Of a DNA stretch of 64,000 bases, positions 19,863 to 29,711 are shown piece after piece. The DNA comes from a bacterium (GTDB taxonomy: Bacteria; Sysuimicrobiota; Sysuimicrobiia; Sysuimicrobiales; Segetimicrobiaceae). The notes below the pieces were generated by a model. The model had not been told where the DNA came from. It ran no database searches and saw only the letters and a program-made list of their open reading frames with translations. The stretch lies in contig DATGJN010000117.1 of assembly GCA_035295165.1 (NCBI GenBank), positions 24,114 to 88,113 of the forward strand, read 5' to 3'. Position 1 is the first letter of the stretch. Each line of letters opens with the position of its first letter. Made by a program: the position numbers and the translations under genes.

Positions 19863-20765
19863 CTACGACTTCACCGCCGCGCTCGTGATCCCGGAGATGA
19901 ACTGGTCCATGAAAAAACTGTAGAGGATAGCCACCGGCACGCCCACGAGCAGCGCGCCCGCCATCAACGACCCCCAGAAATAGACGTCGCCGCGGATGAG
20001 ATCCGTCGCGACCCCGAGCGGGACCGGCTTTTGGTCCGACACGGACACGAACACGAGCGAGTAGAGGAAGTCCTGCATCGTCAGCGTGAACGCAAAGATC
20101 ACCGCCGTCAGGATCCCCGCGAGGCTCACGGGGAGCACGGTGCGGATGAGGGCGCCGAGGCGGCCGCAACCGTCCACCAGGGCCGCCTCCTCGATTTCGT
20201 GCGGGATCGTTTTGAAGAACCCGCTCAGCAACCAGGTGCAGTACGGAATTGTGAACGTCGGGTACACGAGGATGAGCGCCCACTTCGTATCGATCAGGTG
20301 CGTGATCGCGACGATCCGGGACAACGGGATGAAGAGCAGGATCGGCGGAATCAGATACCCGAGGAAGATCGCGATGCCCATGTTCTCGGCCCCGGGCAGC
20401 TGCAAGCGGGCCAGCGCATAGCCCCCCGGCACGCCCACGAGCAGCGTGATGAGCGAGACGCCCACGGCGATCGCCCCCGTGTTGAAGACCCAATCGCCGT
20501 AGTACGTGTGCTGGAACAGATACGCGAAGTGCTGCAGCGTCGGTGCCTGGTGAAACCAGAACGGGAACACGGTGGGGTTGACGAGATCGTTATCGGTCTT
20601 GAACGCCGTGATCGCCATCCAGAACACGGGGAACACGGTGATCAGCACAAACGGCAGCAACCCCAGGTACACGAGCACGTGCCGCCGGATCTCCCGCGAT
20701 CTGGCCCGTCGGGCGCCCTCCTCGACGAGCACGTGCTCCCGCTGCAGCACCTCGACCGCGTTCAT
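19863..20765 (-). CDS. carbohydrate ABC transporter permease (MalG type), first pair
   Basis: EAA loop IEEAALVDGCGRLGALIRTVLP. 4-nt overlap with the upstream permease. Confidence 0.85.
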   Translation of the reverse strand: MNAVEVLQREHVLVEEGARRARSREIRRHVLVYLGLLPFVLITVFPVFWMAITAFKTDNDLVNPTVFPFWFHQAPTLQHFAYLFQHTYYGDWVFNTGAIAVGVSLITLLVGVPGGYALARLQLPGAENMGIAIFLGYLIPPILLFIPLSRIVAITHLIDTKWALILVYPTFTIPYCTWLLSGFFKTIPHEIEEAALVDGCGRLGALIRTVLPVSLAGILTAVIFAFTLTMQDFLYSLVFVSVSDQKPVPLGVATDLIRGDVYFWGSLMAGALLVGVPVAILYSFFMDQFISGITSAAVKS

Positions 20766-21691
20766 ACGCCACCCTGTCTCCGAAGGTTGCGGAGCAACAC
20801 GTACACCACGGGCAACAGCAACGGGAACAGTACCAGCGCGATCGCCGCGCCGCGACCGAGCGCTCCCGCCTGGATCCCGATCTCTAGCGCGCGGGTGGGC
20901 AGGATCTCGGTGAAGTTCTCCGGCCCGCCGCCGGTCAGGAGGTAGACGATGCTGAGGTCGGACAGGGTGAACACCGTGTCGAACAACAGGCCGACGAACA
21001 GAATCGGCGTGATGACCGGCAGCACGATGTACCGGTACCGGAGCAGGAAGTTCGCCCCGTCAACCTTCCCCGCGTCGAGCAGTTCCGGCGGCACCGCGGA
21101 AAAGCCCGCCAGGATCACGATCGCCGCAAACGGGAATCCGCGCCACACGTTGACCGTGATCACCGCCGCGCGCGCCAACGTGGGGTCGCCGAGCCAGTTC
21201 GGCCAGCCGCCGATGAGGTGCAGGTGCGTGCCGACGTAGTTGATCGCGCTGAACTGTGGATCGAACATCCACTTCCAGGCGAGCGCACTGATCGCCACCG
21301 GCAGCGTCCACGGAAGCACCACCAGCGACCGGATGAGCTTCCGACCACGGACCTCCTGGAGCAGGAGAAACGCCATCAGCGTGCCGAGGACGATCTTGAA
21401 GATCGCGGCGATCACCGTGAACGAGAGCGTGTTCCGGAGGGCCAGGCGAAACGTGTCGTCCTGGAAGATGGCGAAGAAGTTGCCGAGTCCGACGTAGCCG
21501 GCGACCTGATTGCCGACGGACGCGTCGCTGAGCGCGAGATAGAGCGAGAAGAAGAACGGGACCCCGACCAGCAGCGTCATGTACAGCATGGCCGGTGCGA
21601 GAAGCGAATAGCCGAACCGCAATCGCTCCCGCGTAAACGAGCGATGACGTATCTTCGGCGGGCCGGTCAGCGCGACGTCGGCGTGTGCCAT
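20762..21691 (-). CDS. carbohydrate ABC transporter permease (MalF type), first pair
   Basis: Six TM segments, EAA loop LLDAGKVDGANFLLRYRYIVLP. Confidence 0.85.
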   Translation of the reverse strand: MAHADVALTGPPKIRHRSFTRERLRFGYSLLAPAMLYMTLLVGVPFFFSLYLALSDASVGNQVAGYVGLGNFFAIFQDDTFRLALRNTLSFTVIAAIFKIVLGTLMAFLLLQEVRGRKLIRSLVVLPWTLPVAISALAWKWMFDPQFSAINYVGTHLHLIGGWPNWLGDPTLARAAVITVNVWRGFPFAAIVILAGFSAVPPELLDAGKVDGANFLLRYRYIVLPVITPILFVGLLFDTVFTLSDLSIVYLLTGGGPENFTEILPTRALEIGIQAGALGRGAAIALVLFPLLLPVVYVLLRNLRRQGGV

Positions 21692-21751
21692 CGAGGAGGC
21701 ACCGTCACCGGGGAGGGGTCCTCTTCGGACCCCTCCCCATGTGACCGAGGT

Positions 21752-23104
21752 CTACTTGTACTTCGCGTAGATGCCCTTGATCTGGCCGACCCCCCACTTG
21801 ACCGAGGCTTCCAGATCTCCGGTGCGGACGTAGCGGGCCATCATATCCGGTACGACGAACGTCGCCAACACCTCCGCCGCGGGCGCGGCCGCGGGGCCGG
21901 GGTACCCGAACCACAGCGCCGCCTTGCCCCACTCCTGGAGGTAGCCGACCTTCGGATCGGCACCCAGCGCCGGCATCGGCTTCGTGTACCACTTCTGGAG
22001 GTACGGCATGTTGTAGCCCTTGCTCGCGGTGAGCGAGAACTTCACGTCGCCGCCGTACTGCTCCAAGAACGCCTTCGCCGCCGCCTGGTTCTTGGAAAAC
22101 GACCAGATCGCGAGCGTCGTCGGGTCGACGACGGGCGCCCGCATCACGGGCCCCATCGGTTCGATCCACGGGCCGGAGATGTTGACCTTGGCGTAGAGGT
22201 CGGGGTTGCTGTCCTGGATCGACCGGATCGCCGAGATCGCGTCGTGGATCCAGATCGCCACGCCGGAGTCGAGATACCGGTTGTCGGAGACGTTGTCCCA
22301 CGACAGCACTTCCGGGGTCATGGCCTCGTCGTACAACGCCTTCCCGAACCGCATCGCCGCCCTGAGCTCTTTCGAGTCCCACAGCACCTCTTTACCCGAC
22401 GGGTCCGCCTCCTTCACCCCGAAGGCATAGAAGATCGCGCGCCAGTCATGGTTGGAGTCGTTGCAGTGCGAGATCTGGATGCCCGTGGGGTGTCCCTTGG
22501 ACTTCCCGATGCGCCCCGCCGTGCGACAATGATCCCATGTGTCGGGACCCGCGAGGCCATACTCCTTGAAGAGATCGCTGCGCCACAGCATCGGCTGGGG
22601 AATGAAGAACTCGGGCATCGCGTACCAGTGGCCGTTCACGGAACCCACTTGCTTGGCCATCGGGATCCAGCCGCCGGCCTGAGCGCCGAGTTTCTCGCAG
22701 ACGTCGGAGACGTCGACCATGTGCTGATAGTACAGGGTGGTTTGGATGACGCCGTTCTGCTGGAAGATGTCGTGCCCGGCGCCCGCGGCGAGTTCTGAAG
22801 CGACTCGAGCGGGCAGCTGGTCGATCGGGATGTGGTCCACGCGCACCGTGACGTCGTTCGCCACGCCCCAGTCGTTCGCGTACTTGTCGAACGCGGTGTC
22901 GTAGGCAGGGACGAAGTGGCTCCAGGTGAGGATGCGCAGGGAACTGCCCTTGATCTGCGCCGGGGCCGCCCCCGCCTTCCAGGGCGCCACCAACGGGAGG
23001 AGCGCCGCGCCTGCAACACCTGCTCCTGCGGCGGTCAAAAGCTGACGCCGGGTGATCCGCCGGACGGAACGTGTACGAGACTGTCGGTCTGCCTTTCGTG
23101 CCAT
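21752..23104 (-). CDS. ABC transporter extracellular solute-binding protein (family 1, sugar/oligosaccharide) with a twin-arginine signal
   Basis: MARKADRQSRTRSVRRITRRQLLTAAGAGVAGAAL (Tat-like). No lipobox Cys. ATG at 23104 with AAGGAGGG upstream. Confidence 0.85.
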   Translation of the reverse strand: MARKADRQSRTRSVRRITRRQLLTAAGAGVAGAALLPLVAPWKAGAAPAQIKGSSLRILTWSHFVPAYDTAFDKYANDWGVANDVTVRVDHIPIDQLPARVASELAAGAGHDIFQQNGVIQTTLYYQHMVDVSDVCEKLGAQAGGWIPMAKQVGSVNGHWYAMPEFFIPQPMLWRSDLFKEYGLAGPDTWDHCRTAGRIGKSKGHPTGIQISHCNDSNHDWRAIFYAFGVKEADPSGKEVLWDSKELRAAMRFGKALYDEAMTPEVLSWDNVSDNRYLDSGVAIWIHDAISAIRSIQDSNPDLYAKVNISGPWIEPMGPVMRAPVVDPTTLAIWSFSKNQAAAKAFLEQYGGDVKFSLTASKGYNMPYLQKWYTKPMPALGADPKVGYLQEWGKAALWFGYPGPAAAPAAEVLATFVVPDMMARYVRTGDLEASVKWGVGQIKGIYAKYK

Positions 23105-23213
23105 CCGTATCCCTCCTTGGCGTGGCGTGCCTACTGCGTCGTGCAGTTTCTTATTACGCAACGCTACGGCGGGCGGGCCCGAAATGTTCCTAGAATTTCC
23201 CTCCCAAGTTACA

Positions 23214-23227
23214 GTATCTATAGATAC
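23214..23227. promoter_or_regulatory. perfect 14-bp palindrome GTATCTATAGATAC, plus a TAGATACG direct repeat 20 bp downstream, in an AT-rich 300-bp divergent control region
   Basis: Seen directly. Lies between the sugar ABC operon (minus) and imuA (plus). Confidence 0.3.
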
Positions 23228-23373
23228 GTGCAGATATGTTTAGATACGGTTTGATCGCGGGTTTTCAATTTTGAGCCGGAATAGTCCTCTCTGAATCATT
23301 GGGAATCTGGATGGGATTGCTGGTCTATTAGAGCGACGTCCTCAAAACACAAAAACCACTTGCAATTATATAC

Positions 23374-23387
23374 CGAACATATGTACG
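23374..23387. promoter_or_regulatory. LexA (Cheo-type) SOS box CGAACATATGTACG, 25 bp upstream of imuA
   Basis: 13 of 14 positions match the Bacillus consensus CGAACATATGTTCG. Overlaps a putative TTGCAA / TACGATAT promoter. Confidence 0.55.
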
Positions 23388-23411
23388 ATATATGCTGACG
23401 GTGCGTCTACT

Positions 23412-24035
23412 ATGCCGACCCCCGCGCGTGATGTGCTGAACCGACTCTCGTGGCGTCCAGTCACGAGCGTGCCGGCCGCGCCCGGCGCGCCGACGCTCGC
23501 CGCGCTGGCCGGTCAGTTGAGCGAGTTCTCGGGGCTCGGAGCCACGGCCGGTCTCACCATGGCAACGCGGTTGGTGCTAGACGCTCAACAGCAAGGAGAG
23601 ATCGCCGCCTGGATCACTCCTGTGGATCGGACCTTCTTCCCCCCAGACGTCGCGGAGAGCGGCGTGGATCTCGCCTCCCTGGTGGTGGTGCGCATCCCCG
23701 ACGCGATCGCCGCGGCGCGCAGCGCCGACCGGCTCACGCGATCGGGGGCCTTCGGCCTGCTGATCCTGGATCTGCATGGATCCCACACGCTGCCGCCCCA
23801 CGCGCTCGCCCGGCTCGCGGGACTGGCCCAACAGCATCACACGGCGATCGTCTTCGTGACGCAGAAATCCACCGACGCCGCATCGCTGGGATCGCTGATC
23901 GCGTTGCACGGCACGACGACGCGCGTGCGTCTTGAACCAGACGCGTTCACGTGCGCCCTGCGCATCGTCAAGGACAAGCGTCGGGGTCCCTGGACGTTCG
24001 AGGAAGTCTGCCGTGGACCGGCTGGCCTGCGTTAA
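23412..24035 (+). CDS. imuA: ImuA-like (inactive RecA-fold, SulA-like) mutasome protein
   Basis: About 207 aa with a degenerate RecA-like core (...SEFSGLGATAGLTMATRLVLDAQQQGEIAAWITP...GLLILDL). First gene after the LexA box and before imuB-dnaE2. Confidence 0.65.
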   Translation: MPTPARDVLNRLSWRPVTSVPAAPGAPTLAALAGQLSEFSGLGATAGLTMATRLVLDAQQQGEIAAWITPVDRTFFPPDVAESGVDLASLVVVRIPDAIAAARSADRLTRSGAFGLLILDLHGSHTLPPHALARLAGLAQQHHTAIVFVTQKSTDAASLGSLIALHGTTTRVRLEPDAFTCALRIVKDKRRGPWTFEEVCRGPAGLR

Positions 24036-25521
24036 CGTCCCGGAGTTTCCGATGCAGATCCTCCTCCGCGATCACCCCGAGTGGCGCGGGACGCCCGCCG
24101 CCGTCCTCGAGGAAGATCGACCGCAGAGCCCGGTTGTCTGGGTCAACGACCACGCCCGCCGGGCAGGAGTGCGTCCCGGCATGCGGTTTGCCGCCGCACT
24201 AGCGCTTTCTCCAACCCTCAACACGGGATGTGTCTCTCCCGTCCACATCGCGCAAGAACAGGATCGCCTGATCGCCAGGCTCCGGAAGTTCACGCCGGAC
24301 ATCGAACCGGCGGACGAACCCGGGATGTGCTGGGTCGGCCTGACCGGACTCGAACACCTCTATCCCTCGCCGGAGCGCTGGGCCGATGCGATCCGCGCGG
24401 ATCTCCAGGAGACCGGGATGCAGGCGACCGTGGTAATTGGGTTCACCCGCTTCGGCACCTACGCCGTCGCGCAGATTTCCCAGGGCACGCGGATCTTTCA
24501 CGATCCCGCCGACGAACGAACGGCGGCGATGGACGTCCCGCTCGCCCGTCTCGCGCTCGCCCCGGAGCTGCGGGATACGCTCGCCAAGCTCGACGTGACG
24601 ACCGTGCGCGCCCTAGTGCGGTTGCCGGAGGCCGGACTCCTCGAGCGGTTCGGCGTCGAGCCGTACCGGTTGCATCAGGCGGTCGGTGCGCGGTCGACGG
24701 CGTTGCGGCCGTCCGCCGAGCCCCTCCCCGTACGCGCTCGGCGCACACTCGACACACCGGAAACCGATCTGTCCCGATGCCTCTTCGTGTTCAAGCAGAT
24801 GCTCGACCCGATGCTGGCCACCCTGGCCGCCCGGGGAGCGGCGCTCGCCGCGCTCGGGATCCGGCTCAAGTTCGACCGGCACGGATGGCAGGCGGACCAT
24901 GTCCGGCCGGCCGCCCCGACGCTCGATTCCGTTCAAGTGCTGGATTTGGTCCGACTGCGCCTGGAGACCGTCCGGCTCTCCCAGGCGCCCGCGGAAGCGC
25001 AGCGGGCCGCAGCCGGGATCGTCGACATCGAACTCACGGCCGAGGCAGTCCTCGCGACCCACGAGCAGCTCCGGTTCTTTGGCGTCCATCCGCACCGCGA
25101 TCTCGCCGCCGGCAACCGTGCGCTGGCCCGCCTCCGGGCCGAGCTCGGCGAGCAAGCGGTGGTCCGCGCGCGGCTTCGAGACGGCCACCTCCCCGAGTCC
25201 CACGTCACGTGGGAGCCGGTGGCCGCGCTCACGCTCCCCCGCCCCACCCTTGTGCCGCAGCGGACGCTCGTCCGGCGCATCTGGACGCATCCGGTGCCGG
25301 TCGCGACGGCCACGACGCGGCAACACGACGGATGGCTGATTCTCGGGACGGCGTACGGTGCGGTGGACGACCTGCTCGGTCCCTACGTCGTCTCCGGCGG
25401 CTGGTGGGTCCGCGAGGTGGACCGCGCCTACCACTTTGCGCAGACCAGGCGCGGCGACCTCTTGTGGGTATACCACGATCGGCGGCGGCGGCGGTGGTTC
25501 CTGCACGGCCAGGTGGAGTGA
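24013..25521 (+). CDS. imuB: Y-family-polymerase-like mutasome subunit ImuB
   Basis: N-terminus [23 protein letters not shown]... (UmuC-like fold lacking catalytic acidic residues). GTG at 24013 after GAGGAAG; overlaps the imuA 3' end. Confidence 0.8.
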   Translation: MDRLACVNVPEFPMQILLRDHPEWRGTPAAVLEEDRPQSPVVWVNDHARRAGVRPGMRFAAALALSPTLNTGCVSPVHIAQEQDRLIARLRKFTPDIEPADEPGMCWVGLTGLEHLYPSPERWADAIRADLQETGMQATVVIGFTRFGTYAVAQISQGTRIFHDPADERTAAMDVPLARLALAPELRDTLAKLDVTTVRALVRLPEAGLLERFGVEPYRLHQAVGARSTALRPSAEPLPVRARRTLDTPETDLSRCLFVFKQMLDPMLATLAARGAALAALGIRLKFDRHGWQADHVRPAAPTLDSVQVLDLVRLRLETVRLSQAPAEAQRAAAGIVDIELTAEAVLATHEQLRFFGVHPHRDLAAGNRALARLRAELGEQAVVRARLRDGHLPESHVTWEPVAALTLPRPTLVPQRTLVRRIWTHPVPVATATTRQHDGWLILGTAYGAVDDLLGPYVVSGGWWVREVDRAYHFAQTRRGDLLWVYHDRRRRRWFLHGQVE

Positions 25522-25525
25522 CCTC

Positions 25526-28500
25526 GTGTACACGCCGCTGTGGTGCAAGAGCGCGTTCTCATTTTTGGAGGGCGCATCACACCCCGAGGAGTTGGTGGAC
25601 GAGGCGCACCGCCTCGGCCTGCGGGCTATCGCGCTGACGGACCGCGACGGCGTGTACGGGGTGGTGCGCGCGCACGTGACGGCACGCGAGACGGGATGCC
25701 GCCTGATCTCCGGCGCGGAGGTCACCCTCACCGACGGCTCGATGGCCGTCCTCCTCGCGCAGGACCGCACCGGCTACGCGAACCTCTGCCGGCTGCTCAC
25801 GCTGGGGCGGCGCCGGTCGCCCAAAGGCATCAGCACCGTCACCTGGGCCGAGGTCTGCGCGCATGCGCGCGGCCTCATCGCGTTGTGGGGCGGAGATCGG
25901 AGCCTGCTCGCTGGCGAGTCCGTCCCGGACGCGGTCGCCGGATCGGTGCGGGACGCGTTCGGCGACGCGGTGTACGCACTCGTCACCCGCCACCGCCAGA
26001 GCACCGACCCTCGCCAGGAGGCGCGGGTACGCAACCGTGCCGCCCGCTACGCCCTCCCCGTCGCGGCCGCGGTCGAGGTCCTCTATCACACGCCCGCCCG
26101 CCGGCCGCTGCAGGATGTCCTCACCTGCCTCAGGCACGGGACCCAACTCGCGGACGCCGGGCGGCTGATTAAGCCCAACGCCGAGCACGCCGTGCTCTCG
26201 CCGTACGCGTTCGCAACACTGTTCCAGGACGATCCGGACGCCGTGGCCCGCACCGAGGAGATCGCCGCACGGTGCGTCTTCTCGCTCGATCAACTCCGCT
26301 ATCGCTATCCGGAGGAACGGGTCCCCGTGGGCACGACCCCCGAAGCCTGGCTCCGCCGACTCGTGTTCGAGGGCGCCCGGGAGCGCTATCCAGACACGGT
26401 CCCGACCGACGTCGCGCAGCAGCTCGAAAAGGAACTGACGCTGATCGCCGAGCTGGACTACGGAGGGTACTTCCTGACGATGTGGGAGATCGTCCAGTTT
26501 TGCCGCCGGGAAGGAATCCTCTGTCAGGGACGCGGCTCCGCCGCCAACTCCGCCGTCTGCTACTGTCTGGGGATCACCGCGGTGGATCCGGTGCGGATGA
26601 ACCTGCTGTTCGAGCGCTTCCTCTCCCGGGAGCGCGCCGAGCCGCCCGACGTAGATCTGGACATCCAGCACAATCGCCGCGAGGAGGTCATCCAGTTCGT
26701 CTACACGCGATACGGACGCACGCACGCGGCGATGGTCGCGAACGTCATCCGCTACCGCCCGCGGTCGGCCGTGCGGGACGTCGGCAAGGCGCTGGGGATT
26801 CCGGAGACCGGGCTCGACCGCCTGGCCCGGCTCCTTGACTACGGCGGCGCGGTCCCCCCGGAGACGCTGCAGGCGGCGGGGCTGGATCCGGAGACCCCGG
26901 CGCACCGGCACCTACTGCGCCTCACGAACGAGCTGGTGGGACTCCCCCGCCACCTGTCGATCCACCCCGGTGGGTTCTTGCTGGGCGATCACCCGGTGGA
27001 CGAGATCGTCCCGATCGAGAACGCCACGATGGACGACCGGACGGTCATCCAATGGGACAAGGACGATCTCGAAACCCTTGGGCTGTTCAAGGTGGATTTG
27101 CTTGGGCTCGGCGCGCTCACACATCTCGACCTGGCGTTCCAGTTGCTCCGGGGCCACCGGGGCGTCGCGCACTCCATGGCGACGATCCCGGCGGACGATC
27201 AGGCGACGTTTGCGATGGCATCCCGCGCCGACACGGTCGGCGTGTTCCAGATCGAAAGCCGCGCCCAGATGGCGATGCTCCCGCGCCTGCGGCCGCGCAG
27301 CTTCCATGATCTGGTCGTCGAGATCAGCATCGTGCGCCCGGGCCCGATCACGGGAGGGATGGTGCATCCCTATCTGCGCCGCCGGAACGGCGAGGAGAAG
27401 GTCGAGTATCCTCATCCGTCGCTCATCCCGGTCCTCGAAGGGACCCTCGGCGTTCCCCTCTTTCAGGAACAGGTGATGCGGCTCGCGGTCGTCGCCGCAG
27501 ACTACACGCCGGGCGAGGCCGACCAACTGCGTCGCGACATGGCGGCCTGGCGCCGCACCGGCCGCATCGAGCGCCACCGCGACCGGCTAATCTCGCGCAT
27601 GCAGGCCAAGGGAATCGCGCCCGAGTTCGCCGAGCGGGTGTTCAAGCAGATCTGCGGGTTTGGGGAATACGGCTTCCCGCAGTGTTGCGTGGGTGAGACC
27701 TGGGTCCTTGATGCCTCGACGGGCCGCTGGGTCATGATCAAAGACGTGGCGCACGGACGCGTGCGGTTGCGGACCACGCTCGCGTGCGACGCGAATCTCC
27801 GTCTTCGCAAACGCCGCGTGACAGGGGTGACATCGAGCGGGCCCCGACCGGTCTTTCGAGTGGTCACGGCGCTCGGACGATCCGTCGCCGCCACGATTGA
27901 GCATCCGATCCTGACCCCGGAGGGATGGGTTCCGCTCGGTGCCCTGCGGCCGGGAGATCGCATCGCCGCCGCGCGCAGGGCCACAGCTCCAAAGCCCACC
28001 AATGGAATCCATCAGGACGGGATGACGTCACGCGAGGTCGTCCCGGTGGGCGTGAGAGAAATCGTCGACCGCGAGGTCGCTCGACGCCCCGACGCCCGGC
28101 AGCAACGCACTCCCCCCACCAGCTTGCGTCTGCACGAGGCGCAACCCGGTGATGTACTGCGCTGGTCTGTGGCCCGCGCTGGGCGCGAGCGTCGATCCTC
28201 GGATCGTCCCCAACTCGCCACTGCCGACGTTTATTGGGACCGCGTCACGATGATCCAGCCGCTCGGTATGCGGGACACGTACGACCTGCACGTGGAAGGC
28301 GACCACAACTTCCTCGCCAACGATCTCGTGATCCACAACTCGCACGCCGCCAGCTTCGCCCTGATCGCCTACGCGACCGCGTATCTCAAGTGCCACTTCC
28401 CCGCGGAGTTTACGTGCGCGCTCCTCAACGCGCAGCCGATGGGCTTCTACAGCGCGGCCACGATCGTCGAGGACGCCAAACGCCACGATATCGTCGTCCG

Positions 28501-29269
28501 GCCGGTGGACGTCCGGCAGAGTGCGTGGGACTGCACGCTCGAACCGTGCGCGCGCGCCGGCGGAATGGCCGTGCGCATGGGGCTGCGCTACGTCCACGGG
28601 CTCGGCGAGGATGCCGGCACGCGCCTGGTACGCGTCCGCGACGAGGCGCCGTTCGCATCGCTCGACGACTGCGTGCGGCGGGCCGGGCTCGACCGGGGTG
28701 CGCTCGCCGCCCTCGCGGAGGCGGGGGCATTCGAGCGCTTCGACGACAACCGTCGAGCGGCGTTGTGGGAGGTGCACGGCCTGGCGCGCCGGCGAGAAAT
28801 CGCGCTGCCGATCAGCGTGCCCGAACCTGCGCCGGCGCTCACCCCCCTGAGCCTCCGCGAGCAGATCGCCTGGGACTATCGAGTCGCCGCCCACAGCACC
28901 CGAGGACACCCTCTGGAAGCACTCCGGGAAGACCTTCGGTCTGCAGGCCTACCTGACGCGCGCACTGTCGGCACACTCCCCAACGGCCGCGCCGTCCGGT
29001 ACGCGGGGCTCGTCATCTGCCGGCAGACGCCCGGTACTGCGTCGGGCGTGACCTTCATGACGCTCGAGGACGAGACCGGCTTCGTCAATCTCGTCGTCTG
29101 GGAACGCGTCTTCGAGCGGTTCGTGACGTTGGCTAAAACCGCCGTGTTCCTCGGCGTCTCGGGAACGATCCAGCGAGAACACGAGGTCGTCCACATTGTC
29201 GCCCGGACGCTGTGGACGCCGTCGGTCCACCACCGCCCGCCCATGCTCCGAAGCCGGGATTTTCACTAG
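25526..29269 (+). CDS. dnaE2: error-prone DNA polymerase III alpha-type DnaE2 (ImuC), interrupted in frame by a mini-intein
   Basis: N-terminal PHP domain [18 protein letters not shown]..., palm/fingers motifs, and a C-terminal OB fold. GTG at 25526 after GGTGGAG, 4 nt past the imuB stop. Confidence 0.9.
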   Translation: MYTPLWCKSAFSFLEGASHPEELVDEAHRLGLRAIALTDRDGVYGVVRAHVTARETGCRLISGAEVTLTDGSMAVLLAQDRTGYANLCRLLTLGRRRSPKGISTVTWAEVCAHARGLIALWGGDRSLLAGESVPDAVAGSVRDAFGDAVYALVTRHRQSTDPRQEARVRNRAARYALPVAAAVEVLYHTPARRPLQDVLTCLRHGTQLADAGRLIKPNAEHAVLSPYAFATLFQDDPDAVARTEEIAARCVFSLDQLRYRYPEERVPVGTTPEAWLRRLVFEGARERYPDTVPTDVAQQLEKELTLIAELDYGGYFLTMWEIVQFCRREGILCQGRGSAANSAVCYCLGITAVDPVRMNLLFERFLSRERAEPPDVDLDIQHNRREEVIQFVYTRYGRTHAAMVANVIRYRPRSAVRDVGKALGIPETGLDRLARLLDYGGAVPPETLQAAGLDPETPAHRHLLRLTNELVGLPRHLSIHPGGFLLGDHPVDEIVPIENATMDDRTVIQWDKDDLETLGLFKVDLLGLGALTHLDLAFQLLRGHRGVAHSMATIPADDQATFAMASRADTVGVFQIESRAQMAMLPRLRPRSFHDLVVEISIVRPGPITGGMVHPYLRRRNGEEKVEYPHPSLIPVLEGTLGVPLFQEQVMRLAVVAADYTPGEADQLRRDMAAWRRTGRIERHRDRLISRMQAKGIAPEFAERVFKQICGFGEYGFPQCCVGETWVLDASTGRWVMIKDVAHGRVRLRTTLACDANLRLRKRRVTGVTSSGPRPVFRVVTALGRSVAATIEHPILTPEGWVPLGALRPGDRIAAARRATAPKPTNGIHQDGMTSREVVPVGVREIVDREVARRPDARQQRTPPTSLRLHEAQPGDVLRWSVARAGRERRSSDRPQLATADVYWDRVTMIQPLGMRDTYDLHVEGDHNFLANDLVIHNSHAASFALIAYATAYLKCHFPAEFTCALLNAQPMGFYSAATIVEDAKRHDIVVRPVDVRQSAWDCTLEPCARAGGMAVRMGLRYVHGLGEDAGTRLVRVRDEAPFASLDDCVRRAGLDRGALAALAEAGAFERFDDNRRAALWEVHGLARRREIALPISVPEPAPALTPLSLREQIAWDYRVAAHSTRGHPLEALREDLRSAGLPDARTVGTLPNGRAVRYAGLVICRQTPGTASGVTFMTLEDETGFVNLVVWERVFERFVTLAKTAVFLGVSGTIQREHEVVHIVARTLWTPSVHHRPPMLRSRDFH
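27683..28339 (+). other. mini-intein (Hint domain, 219 aa, no LAGLIDADG/HNH endonuclease) inserted in the DnaE2 finger motif GFPQ|SHAASFA
   Basis: Block A CCVGETWV. Block [15 protein letters not shown]. Blocks [24 protein letters not shown] followed by +1 Ser. Conceptual excision restores the conserved Pol III alpha [12 protein letters not shown] motif. Confidence 0.8.
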
Positions 29270-29711
29270 CGGGGCCGGACGAGCGCTCGGCTCGACGTAG
29301 CGGCGCGGATCTCACTTACGGGCCGGGCGCGCGTTCTTGGACGGCCGGCGACGGCCGGTGAGCCGCGCAAGCACGCGGACCGAGCGGCCGGACACCTGCA
29401 TTCCGCGACGCTTCGCGCGGCTCACGTCGCGGCGCGCGGCGTGACGATCCGGTGCGTCAGCACTCAGACGCGGCACTCACGTCCTCCCCAGGCGTGACAT
29501 CCACACGCGCGCCTCGTCGCCACCCGTTCACGCGGCCGGGATGCAACCCGCGCTGCGTTCCGTTACCCTGTCGGGCGCCACACTTCCTGTCGCCGCCCGT
29601 GCCGTTCCGGCCGACGGCATGGTACGATCTGGATCGGCGATCCACCCGATCACGCGGAAACAGATCCGGCCCCGGCGGAGCGGCGGGCCGGCCACCGGGG
29701 GGCGAAACGCA

